Shown here in pieces: positions 55,927-64,000 of a stretch of 64,000 bases of DNA. The stretch covers positions 122,664 to 186,663 of the forward strand of contig DYGE01000001.1 in the NCBI GenBank assembly GCA_020724845.1, written 5' to 3'. Within the stretch, counting starts at the first letter, position 1; each line of letters starts with the position of its first letter. The DNA is from Candidatus Paceibacter sp. GTDB lineage: Bacteria; Patescibacteriota; Minisyncoccia; UBA6257; 02-FULL-45-10c. The notes beneath the pieces are model-generated. The model saw only the letters and a list, made by a program, of their open reading frames with translations. It ran no database searches and was not told the origin of the DNA. Position numbers and translations under genes: made by a program.

Positions 55927-57609
55927 TTATTCTGGCGCGATTTCATCTAAATCATCCTGGTCGCTTTGCTTGCTTAAAGACTTTTCCAAAGCCGCGCGCA
56001 ATTCGCTAAGGTCGGCTTTCTGCTCTGGCCGCCTGTCCGGCCTTTCCGGCTTTGGAGCGATAGGCGGAGGGGCTGGCGCCCGCGGCGGCCTGCTCGGCTC
56101 CTTCTCTTGGACCGGCTTCAATACATCGGCTAGCGGCCGTTCATGTTTCTTAGGCGGCCGTTCAGTTCTTGGCTGTCCCTCGTCTTTTCTTGGCGGCCTT
56201 TGGAAGCGCTGTTCCGCGCCTCGGTTGTAACTTGGGCGAAGCATCCTGGACATCGGCTGTTCCTGCCTCCTGCCCGGCCGATCAGAGCCAGCCCCTTCCG
56301 GCGCCGACTGCTTGCTTCGTTCCAGCCAATCTTCCGCGATCTTTCCTTCTATCACCTCTCTAGGCGTTCCGTAGTTTTTTCTAGTGTTTTGAATAATCAA
56401 TTCTTTGAAATTTTTCTCCGGGGTCGGATGCGGCGGAATAGTCATGGCCGAAAAAGGCCTGGAAGCAATGCCGTCAATCATCAGCTTAGTGTAGAAATTG
56501 TATTTGGGAAGATTCACGAAATCAATAGCCATGAAATCCGGCTGAAATTCCCTTTCCAGGAATTCCGCGTCTTCCGCGCCGACACGGAAAGAAAGCAATG
56601 TGCCGACGTTTCCGAAAATCGCGTCACGGACTTTAGTGTTGGTATCGCGGACCAGCTGCCTGATATATTGGTGGGCTAAAATCAAACAAAGGCGGTATTT
56701 TCTCGCTTCAGACAAGATGCTGGCGAAAGAATCAGTGGCAAAGTTTTGAAACTCGTCAACATAAAGATAGAAATCTTTTCTTTCGCTTTCCGGGATATCC
56801 ACCCGCGACATAGCGGCCAGCTGCAGCTTGGTAATGACCATTGCCCCTAAAAGCGCGGAGTTGTCCTCGCCGATTTTTCCCTTAGACAAGTTAAAAATCA
56901 GTATCTTTCTCTCATCCATTGCCTTTCTCATATCAATAGAAGAATGGGACTGACCCAGAATATTTCTGATCAAAGGGTTGGTGACCAGTTGGCCGACTTT
57001 GTTCTGAATGGCCGCCGTCGCCTCCGTCTCAAATTTCTGGCTGTATTTCGCGTACTCATTCACCCAAAAACCCTTAACCACCGGGTCTTTTAAATTATCA
57101 ACCACCTTTTTGCGGTAATCCTTGTCGGAAAACATCCGCATGATGCCTAGCAGCGTTGAACCGGGATACTCCAAAAGAGCCAGCAAAGCGTTGTTTAAAA
57201 TGTATTCCATGCGCGCCGACCAAAGATCGGCCCAAATTTTCTTGAAGACGCCCATAATGCCGGAGGCGACCAAATGCCGGAATTCGGTACTGACTTGTTC
57301 CAAGGGATTAAAGGCAATCGGATGCGCCATATCAGAAGGATCAAAATAAATCACGTCCTTTAAGCGCTCTTCCGGAATAAAATCCAAAAGGCGCTCGGCG
57401 AATTCTCCGTGCGGATCCACTACGCCGATTCCATGTCCGGCAAGGATATCAGAAATAACCATATTTTCTAATAAGGTCGTTTTACCGACGCCGGTTTTTC
57501 CGATCACGTACATATGGCGGCGGCGGTCATCTATCTTAATTCCAAACTGGATATTTTGGTTCCGGAAATTGGTTATCCCGAAATTTGTTTTTTTCTCTTG
57601 TTCTAGCAT
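55927..57609 (-). CDS. VirD4/TraG-HerA-like ATPase
   Basis: RRRHMYVIGKTGVGKT, DPHGE, YVDEFQNF, SEARKY, AHQY; Pro/Arg-rich tail. Confidence 0.88.
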   Translation of the reverse strand: MLEQEKKTNFGITNFRNQNIQFGIKIDDRRRHMYVIGKTGVGKTTLLENMVISDILAGHGIGVVDPHGEFAERLLDFIPEERLKDVIYFDPSDMAHPIAFNPLEQVSTEFRHLVASGIMGVFKKIWADLWSARMEYILNNALLALLEYPGSTLLGIMRMFSDKDYRKKVVDNLKDPVVKGFWVNEYAKYSQKFETEATAAIQNKVGQLVTNPLIRNILGQSHSSIDMRKAMDERKILIFNLSKGKIGEDNSALLGAMVITKLQLAAMSRVDIPESERKDFYLYVDEFQNFATDSFASILSEARKYRLCLILAHQYIRQLVRDTNTKVRDAIFGNVGTLLSFRVGAEDAEFLEREFQPDFMAIDFVNLPKYNFYTKLMIDGIASRPFSAMTIPPHPTPEKNFKELIIQNTRKNYGTPREVIEGKIAEDWLERSKQSAPEGAGSDRPGRRQEQPMSRMLRPSYNRGAEQRFQRPPRKDEGQPRTERPPKKHERPLADVLKPVQEKEPSRPPRAPAPPPIAPKPERPDRRPEQKADLSELRAALEKSLSKQSDQDDLDEIAPE

Positions 57610-57614
57610 GTAAT

Positions 57615-58898
57615 TTAAATTGGCAAATTAGCCGGCGGTTCGCCCTTGCGGGTGTCCAAACGGCGCAGTAATGGCGCTTCAACCGTAACCAGCGGGAAGT
57701 GGAAAACTGTAGCTAGTTCCTCGGTATTCAAAATTGACGATTTTATGGGAAACCAGCGCATTTTATAAAGTTCATAGATGACGCGCTTGCGATAATTAAG
57801 CCGTTTCTTCCTAAACCAGCTTTTGTAAGTTAATTTCCTTGAAGTTATAAAGGTCAGCGTATCCGTGATCGGCTTAAAGCCGTTCATATCCTGGGTGCTG
57901 AACTGCTTGAAAGCGCCATTCACCGCCGCGATATTTGCGGGCGTAAAACTGTCTTGCCTATCAATATAAATAAACCTGATGGCAGCTTCATATCCCAGCT
58001 TGGACATTTTATTCTCCACGCCCTCCAGGATGTTCTTCTCGCCCGGAGAAAGGTGTAGCATCTTAATCTTCTCATCTTTCTTAGGGGCCTCTGACCAGAC
58101 AGGATATTCCGCCGGGGCTAAAGTTAGATTCCGCAAAAACTCAAAAAATCCGCCGACAATTACTTCAATCCAACCAGGCTTCTTCTCCTTTTTGCGATCC
58201 ATAATCTTATCCCGAATTTCATCGCCTTCCGCCTTCCATTTGTCCGGCACCGGCTTGAGTAAATATTGCAGCCAGATTGCTTCGCCCTCCTTCAGCCGAG
58301 ACATAACTTCCGTGATGGCGGCAATCGGATCTAAGCGCTGCTCCTCAACATTTGCCTCAAAAAATTCGTAAGTCTTGATAGGATAGACATTCTCTTTAGC
58401 TAGAATAAAATCGTTGCCCCACAAATCATAAGCGTCGTTGGGAAGCGTATCCGGCATCAGCTTAACATAATCTTCCGCTTCATGGAGCTCGGCGTCCGGG
58501 TATTCTGAATAGATCACTGATTCCACAAGATTTCTATGCGTCTCCGGGCAACGAACATAAAAATGCACTCCGCCGGCATAACCGACCAATTCAAAGGTAA
58601 ACCAGCTTAAATCGGATCCTTTGAAATATTTGTCCTCAAAACTCGGGTCGGTAACGTAAATGGCGTGCAGGGCGGAAAAAATATTTTCCATTGCCTTAGG
58701 GGTTTTAAGAATGTTGCGCGGTATCTTTATCTCTAAAAGAACCCACTTGATATCCAGCTTCCAAAGACGATTTAACCCCCACACCCAAAAATCTCGCCAG
58801 ACAAAAAACAAGCCGAGCGGAACAATAATCCACCAGCTGACTAAAAAAACCTCTAGAGTAGACTTGCCTATGCCGAAAAGAACGGTATTGAAATCCAT
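57615..58898 (-). CDS. Membrane-anchored partner of the ATPase (CPR conserved)
   Basis: LLEIKIPR, FELVG, YPIKTYE, DPIAAITE, LNTEELATVFHFP. Confidence 0.8.
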   Translation of the reverse strand: MDFNTVLFGIGKSTLEVFLVSWWIIVPLGLFFVWRDFWVWGLNRLWKLDIKWVLLEIKIPRNILKTPKAMENIFSALHAIYVTDPSFEDKYFKGSDLSWFTFELVGYAGGVHFYVRCPETHRNLVESVIYSEYPDAELHEAEDYVKLMPDTLPNDAYDLWGNDFILAKENVYPIKTYEFFEANVEEQRLDPIAAITEVMSRLKEGEAIWLQYLLKPVPDKWKAEGDEIRDKIMDRKKEKKPGWIEVIVGGFFEFLRNLTLAPAEYPVWSEAPKKDEKIKMLHLSPGEKNILEGVENKMSKLGYEAAIRFIYIDRQDSFTPANIAAVNGAFKQFSTQDMNGFKPITDTLTFITSRKLTYKSWFRKKRLNYRKRVIYELYKMRWFPIKSSILNTEELATVFHFPLVTVEAPLLRRLDTRKGEPPANLPI

Positions 58899-58953
58899 GT
58901 ATTAATTTTAGAACGAACAAGAACTAAAGTAAAAACCCTTGTATAACTAAAAG

Positions 58954-60000
58954 TTAGACAGACTTTACAGTATAACGCCCGTCGTCCAATCTCCTAAAGT
59001 GCTTGCGGTTTTGCAAGTTGATCATTACGGTGTTTTTCTTCAGTAATCGCTCCTTTAACACTAAATTCAACAGCTCTTTCGGAGTTAACGGCCCGTTTTG
59101 CTTAAGAATTCTAGCCATAACTTCCCTGGCAGTGCCCGGCATCAAACCGAACTCCTGCAAGCCGTACATTCCCCTGCCAACCAGAACAAAGCGGTTATCT
59201 TTAATAAGCTCATTATGGACAGTTTGAGGATGGGCGACTTTTTCAGAATTTTTTCTGACTTTATTAATCATCTTGGCAATATCTTGAAAATGGAGCGGTT
59301 TTTCGTTTTTCTTGAGCACTAAATGGGCCCAGTCTCGTACAGTTCTCGGATTAACCTCCGGCCATTGAGCAAGGCCGAAATCTCCGTATTCATTAACGTG
59401 AAATTCTTTGGAGGTGGAAATGTAATTAAGGGCAACCAAATCTTTCAGGTTATGCGGCTTAATTGCTTCGCTGAAAAGCGAATCAACATCCGCGTGGCTG
59501 ACTACCTGGCTCTTCTTGCCCTTCATAAATTTAACGAGTTTAGCCACTAACCCAACGGCCTTCTTCTGGTCTGCTTTATTCAAAGCCCAGTAGCTGTAAA
59601 CATTTTCGTCTTCCGGAACAAAAGTCAGATCTTTGGAGGCTTCTAAAAGAAAGCGGGCCTTGTTGCCAAAATTAGCCGTGTTGGGGTCGGCTACCATGGT
59701 TTTTAAGTCAGCGAACAGAAGGCTCTCCCTTCGGATGCCGCCGACATTCTTCAAGTGGGCCTTAACCAATTCAACAAATGCCTTGCCTTCGTTTTTCTGC
59801 AAAAGCTTATTAAGATCATTCAGGGCCCCGGCCTCAATCTGCCTTACTCTTTCTCGGGTAATACCCTTACTATCGCCGATTTCGGCTAAAGTTTTGGTTT
59901 GGCCGTCTTTCAATCCAAAACGACCCTCCAAAACTTCCCTTTGCCTTTGGTCGAGGGCTGCTAATAAATCACTGACTATTTTTGATACCTTGACGTTCAT
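58954..60000 (-). CDS. Sigma70 region-4 HTH plus C-terminal winged-helix (HARE-like) protein
   Basis: RFGL...TLAEIG..GITRERVRQIE; PLHFQDIA, QTVHNELI..RFVLVGRGMYGL. Confidence 0.8.
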   Translation of the reverse strand: MNVKVSKIVSDLLAALDQRQREVLEGRFGLKDGQTKTLAEIGDSKGITRERVRQIEAGALNDLNKLLQKNEGKAFVELVKAHLKNVGGIRRESLLFADLKTMVADPNTANFGNKARFLLEASKDLTFVPEDENVYSYWALNKADQKKAVGLVAKLVKFMKGKKSQVVSHADVDSLFSEAIKPHNLKDLVALNYISTSKEFHVNEYGDFGLAQWPEVNPRTVRDWAHLVLKKNEKPLHFQDIAKMINKVRKNSEKVAHPQTVHNELIKDNRFVLVGRGMYGLQEFGLMPGTAREVMARILKQNGPLTPKELLNLVLKERLLKKNTVMINLQNRKHFRRLDDGRYTVKSV

Positions 60001-60218
60001 AAAACGATTTATGTAGATAGTACCATAATTCCTTTTGGAATGCAAGTCTTACCTACTAAATATTTAACATCTATATAATAGCATACTTATATGAAAAGCG
60101 CAAGTCCCCACCAAGATTCGCGTAAGATCATCAAATAATCTGCTATCTTTTACGACTATATGTATTTTTTAAAATCACACATAGGATAACAGATTCCAGA
60201 AAAAATGTAAAGAGTCAC

Positions 60219-60460
60219 AACCACCAGAACCTATTTCAGCTGCACGCCTCCACCTGATAAACATAACCAGAAAGTATCCTCTGTGCGGCAACTGACGGAA
60301 TCCTGATTTGCTTGGTTCGCTTGCGAAAATCAGGATGAGACGTAGGCGGCGCTGATCGCAGGAATCAGCGAACGCTGGTGCCGGTAGGAGGATACTTTCT
60401 GGTTATGACACTTTGTCCCCACCGCGCAACCCGACGCAGCTGAAATAGGTTCTGGTGGTT
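60219..60460 (+). repeat. Structured palindromic element, copy 2
   Basis: 25-bp perfect outer IR 60219-60243/60436-60460, largely different in sequence from copy 1; core shared with 3469-3797. Confidence 0.85.
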
Positions 60461-60479
60461 TTACCTTCGGATCTAAATT

Positions 60480-61358
60480 TTATTTCCGGTGCAAAAAAGT
60501 AAGAAGTGGGCTGGCTACAAAAATGGAAGAATAAGTCCCGACCAGGGTGCCTATTAAGATGAGAAGCGTGAAAAAGCTTAAGGAAGAAGCGCCGAAGAAG
60601 TACAAGGCAACCAACACTAAAACCAGGGTCAAGGAAGTGTTGACCGATCTCGCCAGGGTCTGATTGATGCTGTCATTTATCACTCCGTCAAAACTGGCGT
60701 TCCTTTTAGAGAGCAAAAGATTTTCGCGTATTCGGTCAAACACAACGATTGTATCGTGGACCGAGAAGCCCATTATCACCAGAATGGCGACGATGAAATT
60801 CGTATCCGCCTCAACGCCGTATTGCCATCCCCAGAAAGCGAACACGCCGGCTGAAATCAGAGCGTCATGAAACAAAGTTACTAAAGTAGTCACTCCGTAC
60901 TTCCAAGAGCTGACCGGATAAGAAACCTTCCTGAAGGCGAAAGCAATATACAGAGATATGCCAATCAAAACCAGAACAAAAGCCAAAAGAGCGCGGCTGC
61001 GAAGCTCGCGTCCGATTGCCGGCCCGATGCTGGCAAAACTCAATTCTTCAAATTCTCCCAATTCCGCCTCAACTAATCCGGCCAGCTCCTGATGCCGTTC
61101 TTCCGAAATGTCTCTCATCCGGATTGAAAAATCTCCGGAGTTTTCGCCTTGCCTGACTAAAGCGTCTTCCTGATTTTCCAGCGCAGCTCTTATCGCGCTT
61201 ATACTAACATCATCAGAGATAAAACGTACCTGCCAGTGAGTTCCTCCAACAAAGTCTATTCCTTGTTTAAATCCGAAAACCGCCATGCTGGCTATGCCCG
61301 CTACAACCAGCAAAGCTGAAACTGTCAGATATATTTTTTTATATTTAATAATTTCCAT
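60480..61358 (-). CDS. secF: Protein translocase subunit SecF
   Basis: GIDFVGG, GFSVHDTIVVFDRIREN, GTYSSIFVA. Confidence 0.96.
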   Translation of the reverse strand: MEIIKYKKIYLTVSALLVVAGIASMAVFGFKQGIDFVGGTHWQVRFISDDVSISAIRAALENQEDALVRQGENSGDFSIRMRDISEERHQELAGLVEAELGEFEELSFASIGPAIGRELRSRALLAFVLVLIGISLYIAFAFRKVSYPVSSWKYGVTTLVTLFHDALISAGVFAFWGWQYGVEADTNFIVAILVIMGFSVHDTIVVFDRIRENLLLSKRNASFDGVINDSINQTLARSVNTSLTLVLVLVALYFFGASSLSFFTLLILIGTLVGTYSSIFVASPLLTFLHRK

Positions 61359-61370
61359 AATCGAAAGTTG

Positions 61371-62675
61371 TTAGTTGCCTGCCCGGCCAGGGTTAGTTGT
61401 TAGTCGCCCGGCAAACGCCCTTAATAATGTCCTAGTAACTGTAATCGCTGTGAACATGCTTACCAAAACACCGATGAGCAAAGTCAGGGCAAACCCCTTA
61501 ACAAAACTGGAAGTGAAATAGAACAGAATAATAGTAGTCAAGATAGTTGTTAAGTTGGAATCGCGGATTGAAGTCCAGGCTCGCTGGAAACCATCCTCCA
61601 CCGCTAATGCCCGGGAAGATCCTTTCGCTAATTCCTCTTTCATGCGCTCAAAAATTAGGATATTAGCGTCCACTGCCATGCCGATAGAAAGAACGAATCC
61701 AGCTATGCCAGCCAGTGTCATAGTTATGGAAAAGACCTTGAAAACTGCCAAAGTCAGAATTACATAAATTCCAAGCGCCATCACAGAAGCAAGTCCAAGC
61801 CCCCAATAATACAAAACCATAAACAGCATCACCGCCAGCGTGCCCCAAGCCCCTGCCATGATCATTTTCTGAAGAGAATCCTGTCCCAGAGACGCCCCAA
61901 CTGTCTGCTGATTGATCAGTTTAATTGGAGCCGGCAAAGCTCCAGCATTAAAGCGCTCCACTAATTCCCTGGCTTCCTGCAGGGTAAATTGGCCGGTAAT
62001 CTGCGCCTGCCCGCCAGTAATCTTTTCCGAAACTCGCGGAGCGCTGATTAAATTATTATCCACAAAGATCGCGAGCGGCTGGCCGACGTTTCTCTCCGTT
62101 ATGGCCTCAAAGAGTTCCGACCCTTCCGAATCAAATTCTATAAATATCTGCGGCTGATTGGTGACATTGTCAAAAACTAACTGGGCTTTTTTAGCGTAAC
62201 GTCCGGTTAATTCGGTCGGCCGGAAAGTCGGCTGATCCACCGTTTCAAAATCCAGGCCTAATTCTTCCGGCACCTCAACTTGCTCAACCGATTCAACCTC
62301 GGCAAAAAATAGAAATGGGGTTTCGCCGATCTGCTGAATGGCTTCGCTGATATTCTGAACTCCGGCCAGCTCAACTAATATCCGATAAGAATCCCCGGCT
62401 TTGGAAGTAACCACATTCGGCTCGCTAACGCCGAACAAATTAACCCGGCGCTCCAAGACATCCCGGAGACCGGACATCACCGGATCGCGATCCGCGAAAT
62501 CAACCCCGGACATATCAACTTCATATATCAATTGGCTTCCGCCAACTAAATCCAAACCAAGCCGCCACGGCAAGAAGCTGTCTATGGCTTTTCCTTGCGG
62601 GTACACAAAATAGCCGGCTAGAACCGTTATCGCCAAAATTACCAAAAGAGTTGAAAATGCTTTCGCGCGAGACAT
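61371..62675 (-). CDS. secD: Protein translocase subunit SecD
   Basis: LGLDLVGG, GVSEP, GALP, GMAVDANILIFER. Confidence 0.96.
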   Translation of the reverse strand: MSRAKAFSTLLVILAITVLAGYFVYPQGKAIDSFLPWRLGLDLVGGSQLIYEVDMSGVDFADRDPVMSGLRDVLERRVNLFGVSEPNVVTSKAGDSYRILVELAGVQNISEAIQQIGETPFLFFAEVESVEQVEVPEELGLDFETVDQPTFRPTELTGRYAKKAQLVFDNVTNQPQIFIEFDSEGSELFEAITERNVGQPLAIFVDNNLISAPRVSEKITGGQAQITGQFTLQEARELVERFNAGALPAPIKLINQQTVGASLGQDSLQKMIMAGAWGTLAVMLFMVLYYWGLGLASVMALGIYVILTLAVFKVFSITMTLAGIAGFVLSIGMAVDANILIFERMKEELAKGSSRALAVEDGFQRAWTSIRDSNLTTILTTIILFYFTSSFVKGFALTLLIGVLVSMFTAITVTRTLLRAFAGRLTTNPGRAGN

Positions 62676-62784
62676 AATGAATTAACCAACAACCTACAAC
62701 TTGCGACTCACAATATAAAATAAACAATTAGAAATTATTCTACTACAAACAGATAAAAATTGAAAGAGAAAAAGGAAATCAGCT

Positions 62785-63414
<630 letters not shown>

Positions 63415-63526
63415 AGATTAAGTAGCGCTACTTAGGAAACCACAAAGAGTATTTTCTTTGTGGTTTTCTGGCTAGTTGCTTCTATAAAAATAACTCCCTT
63501 TCGGGAGTTATTGCAAGCTGGCTGGC

Positions 63527-63871
63527 TTAATGCCCAAACTCTTCAACCACCTGCTGGCTTTTGAGATAACTAAGAATTTTAGAAGTAACTTCTGGTATTA
63601 TTTCTTCCCAGGCGAACGCGTGAGCAATTTTGATGTGGATGTCGTACTGGTCCAGCCAAATGCTCTGAACACCACTGACCCGAAAAAGCTGTTCGGCCAA
63701 ACCGTAACCCTCATTCGGAAACCCATAAGAATCTACTTGGACCAGATCCCACCTTCGCATATATACTTCCAAACGAGTATTAATTAAAGTCCTAATGCTA
63801 AAAAGCATAATTGACGGGTCTATCGTTCTTATTACATCAATCCTATTCCACTGCGGGTCTCGTTTTTTCAT
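63527..63871 (-). CDS. Hypothetical protein, Nfu/NifU N-terminal-like domain
   Basis: LAEQLFRVSGVQSIWL...WEEIIPEV resembles Nfu_N; terminator at 63489-63512. Confidence 0.6.
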   Translation of the reverse strand: MKKRDPQWNRIDVIRTIDPSIMLFSIRTLINTRLEVYMRRWDLVQVDSYGFPNEGYGLAEQLFRVSGVQSIWLDQYDIHIKIAHAFAWEEIIPEVTSKILSYLKSQQVVEEFGH

Positions 63872-64000
63872 TTAGTTTTCAAGTTGAGGCGATCCTGGCT
63901 ATAGATTACCAGAATTTTATTAAAAAATCAAGCGCTTGATTTTTTATTTTCTCCTGCTATCCTTTTATCAGTTCTGAACTTAAGCGAATAAGAGGCAGTT

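Noticed and set aside
60104-60156. ccccaccaag... half element next to a TTGCGC-17-TATTAT promoter
   Set aside because: Only one arm is recognisable; not counted among the -35-adjacent elements

Overview
Core chromosome of a Patescibacteria (CPR, Parcubacteria-like) genome. This is inferred from a CTD-less RpoA, short ProRS/AlaRS/AspRS, archaeal-type PyrH, split ComEC, two MreB paralogs and CPR-typical hypotheticals. Almost all genes are on the minus strand. Housekeeping content: tpiA, PBP2, mreB x2, proS, rseP, frr, holB, murA, the infA-rpmJ-alpha operon-rplM-rpsI block, alaS, rpoD-dnaG, rpmB, tRNA-Pro(GGG), ndk, pyrH, aspS, comEC, mnmA, murC, efp, secDF and a cyclophilin. Orphan genes with their own promoter, SD and terminator are interspersed. 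The most striking signals are non-coding. (1) A stand-alone ~620-nt GC-rich, heavily base-paired minus-strand transcription unit (54472-55101) has a TTGACA/TATAAT promoter, a UUCG terminator, strand-specific G-U pairs and a probable 11-bp pseudoknot, and matches no RNA class I recognise. (2) A three-copy structured element (3469-3797, 60219-60460, and in-frame inside mnmA at 51786-51947) has fully exchanged stems but conserved loops. (3) Several palindromic CCCC...GGGG miniature elements sit directly against -35 boxes. (4) Short palindromes are inserted in-frame in tpiA, rseP, murC and mnmA. (5) A 6S-like hairpin lies at 38641-38757. No transposase, integrase, CRISPR array or rRNA is seen. All calls come from reading the sequence by eye; no searches or folding programs were run.
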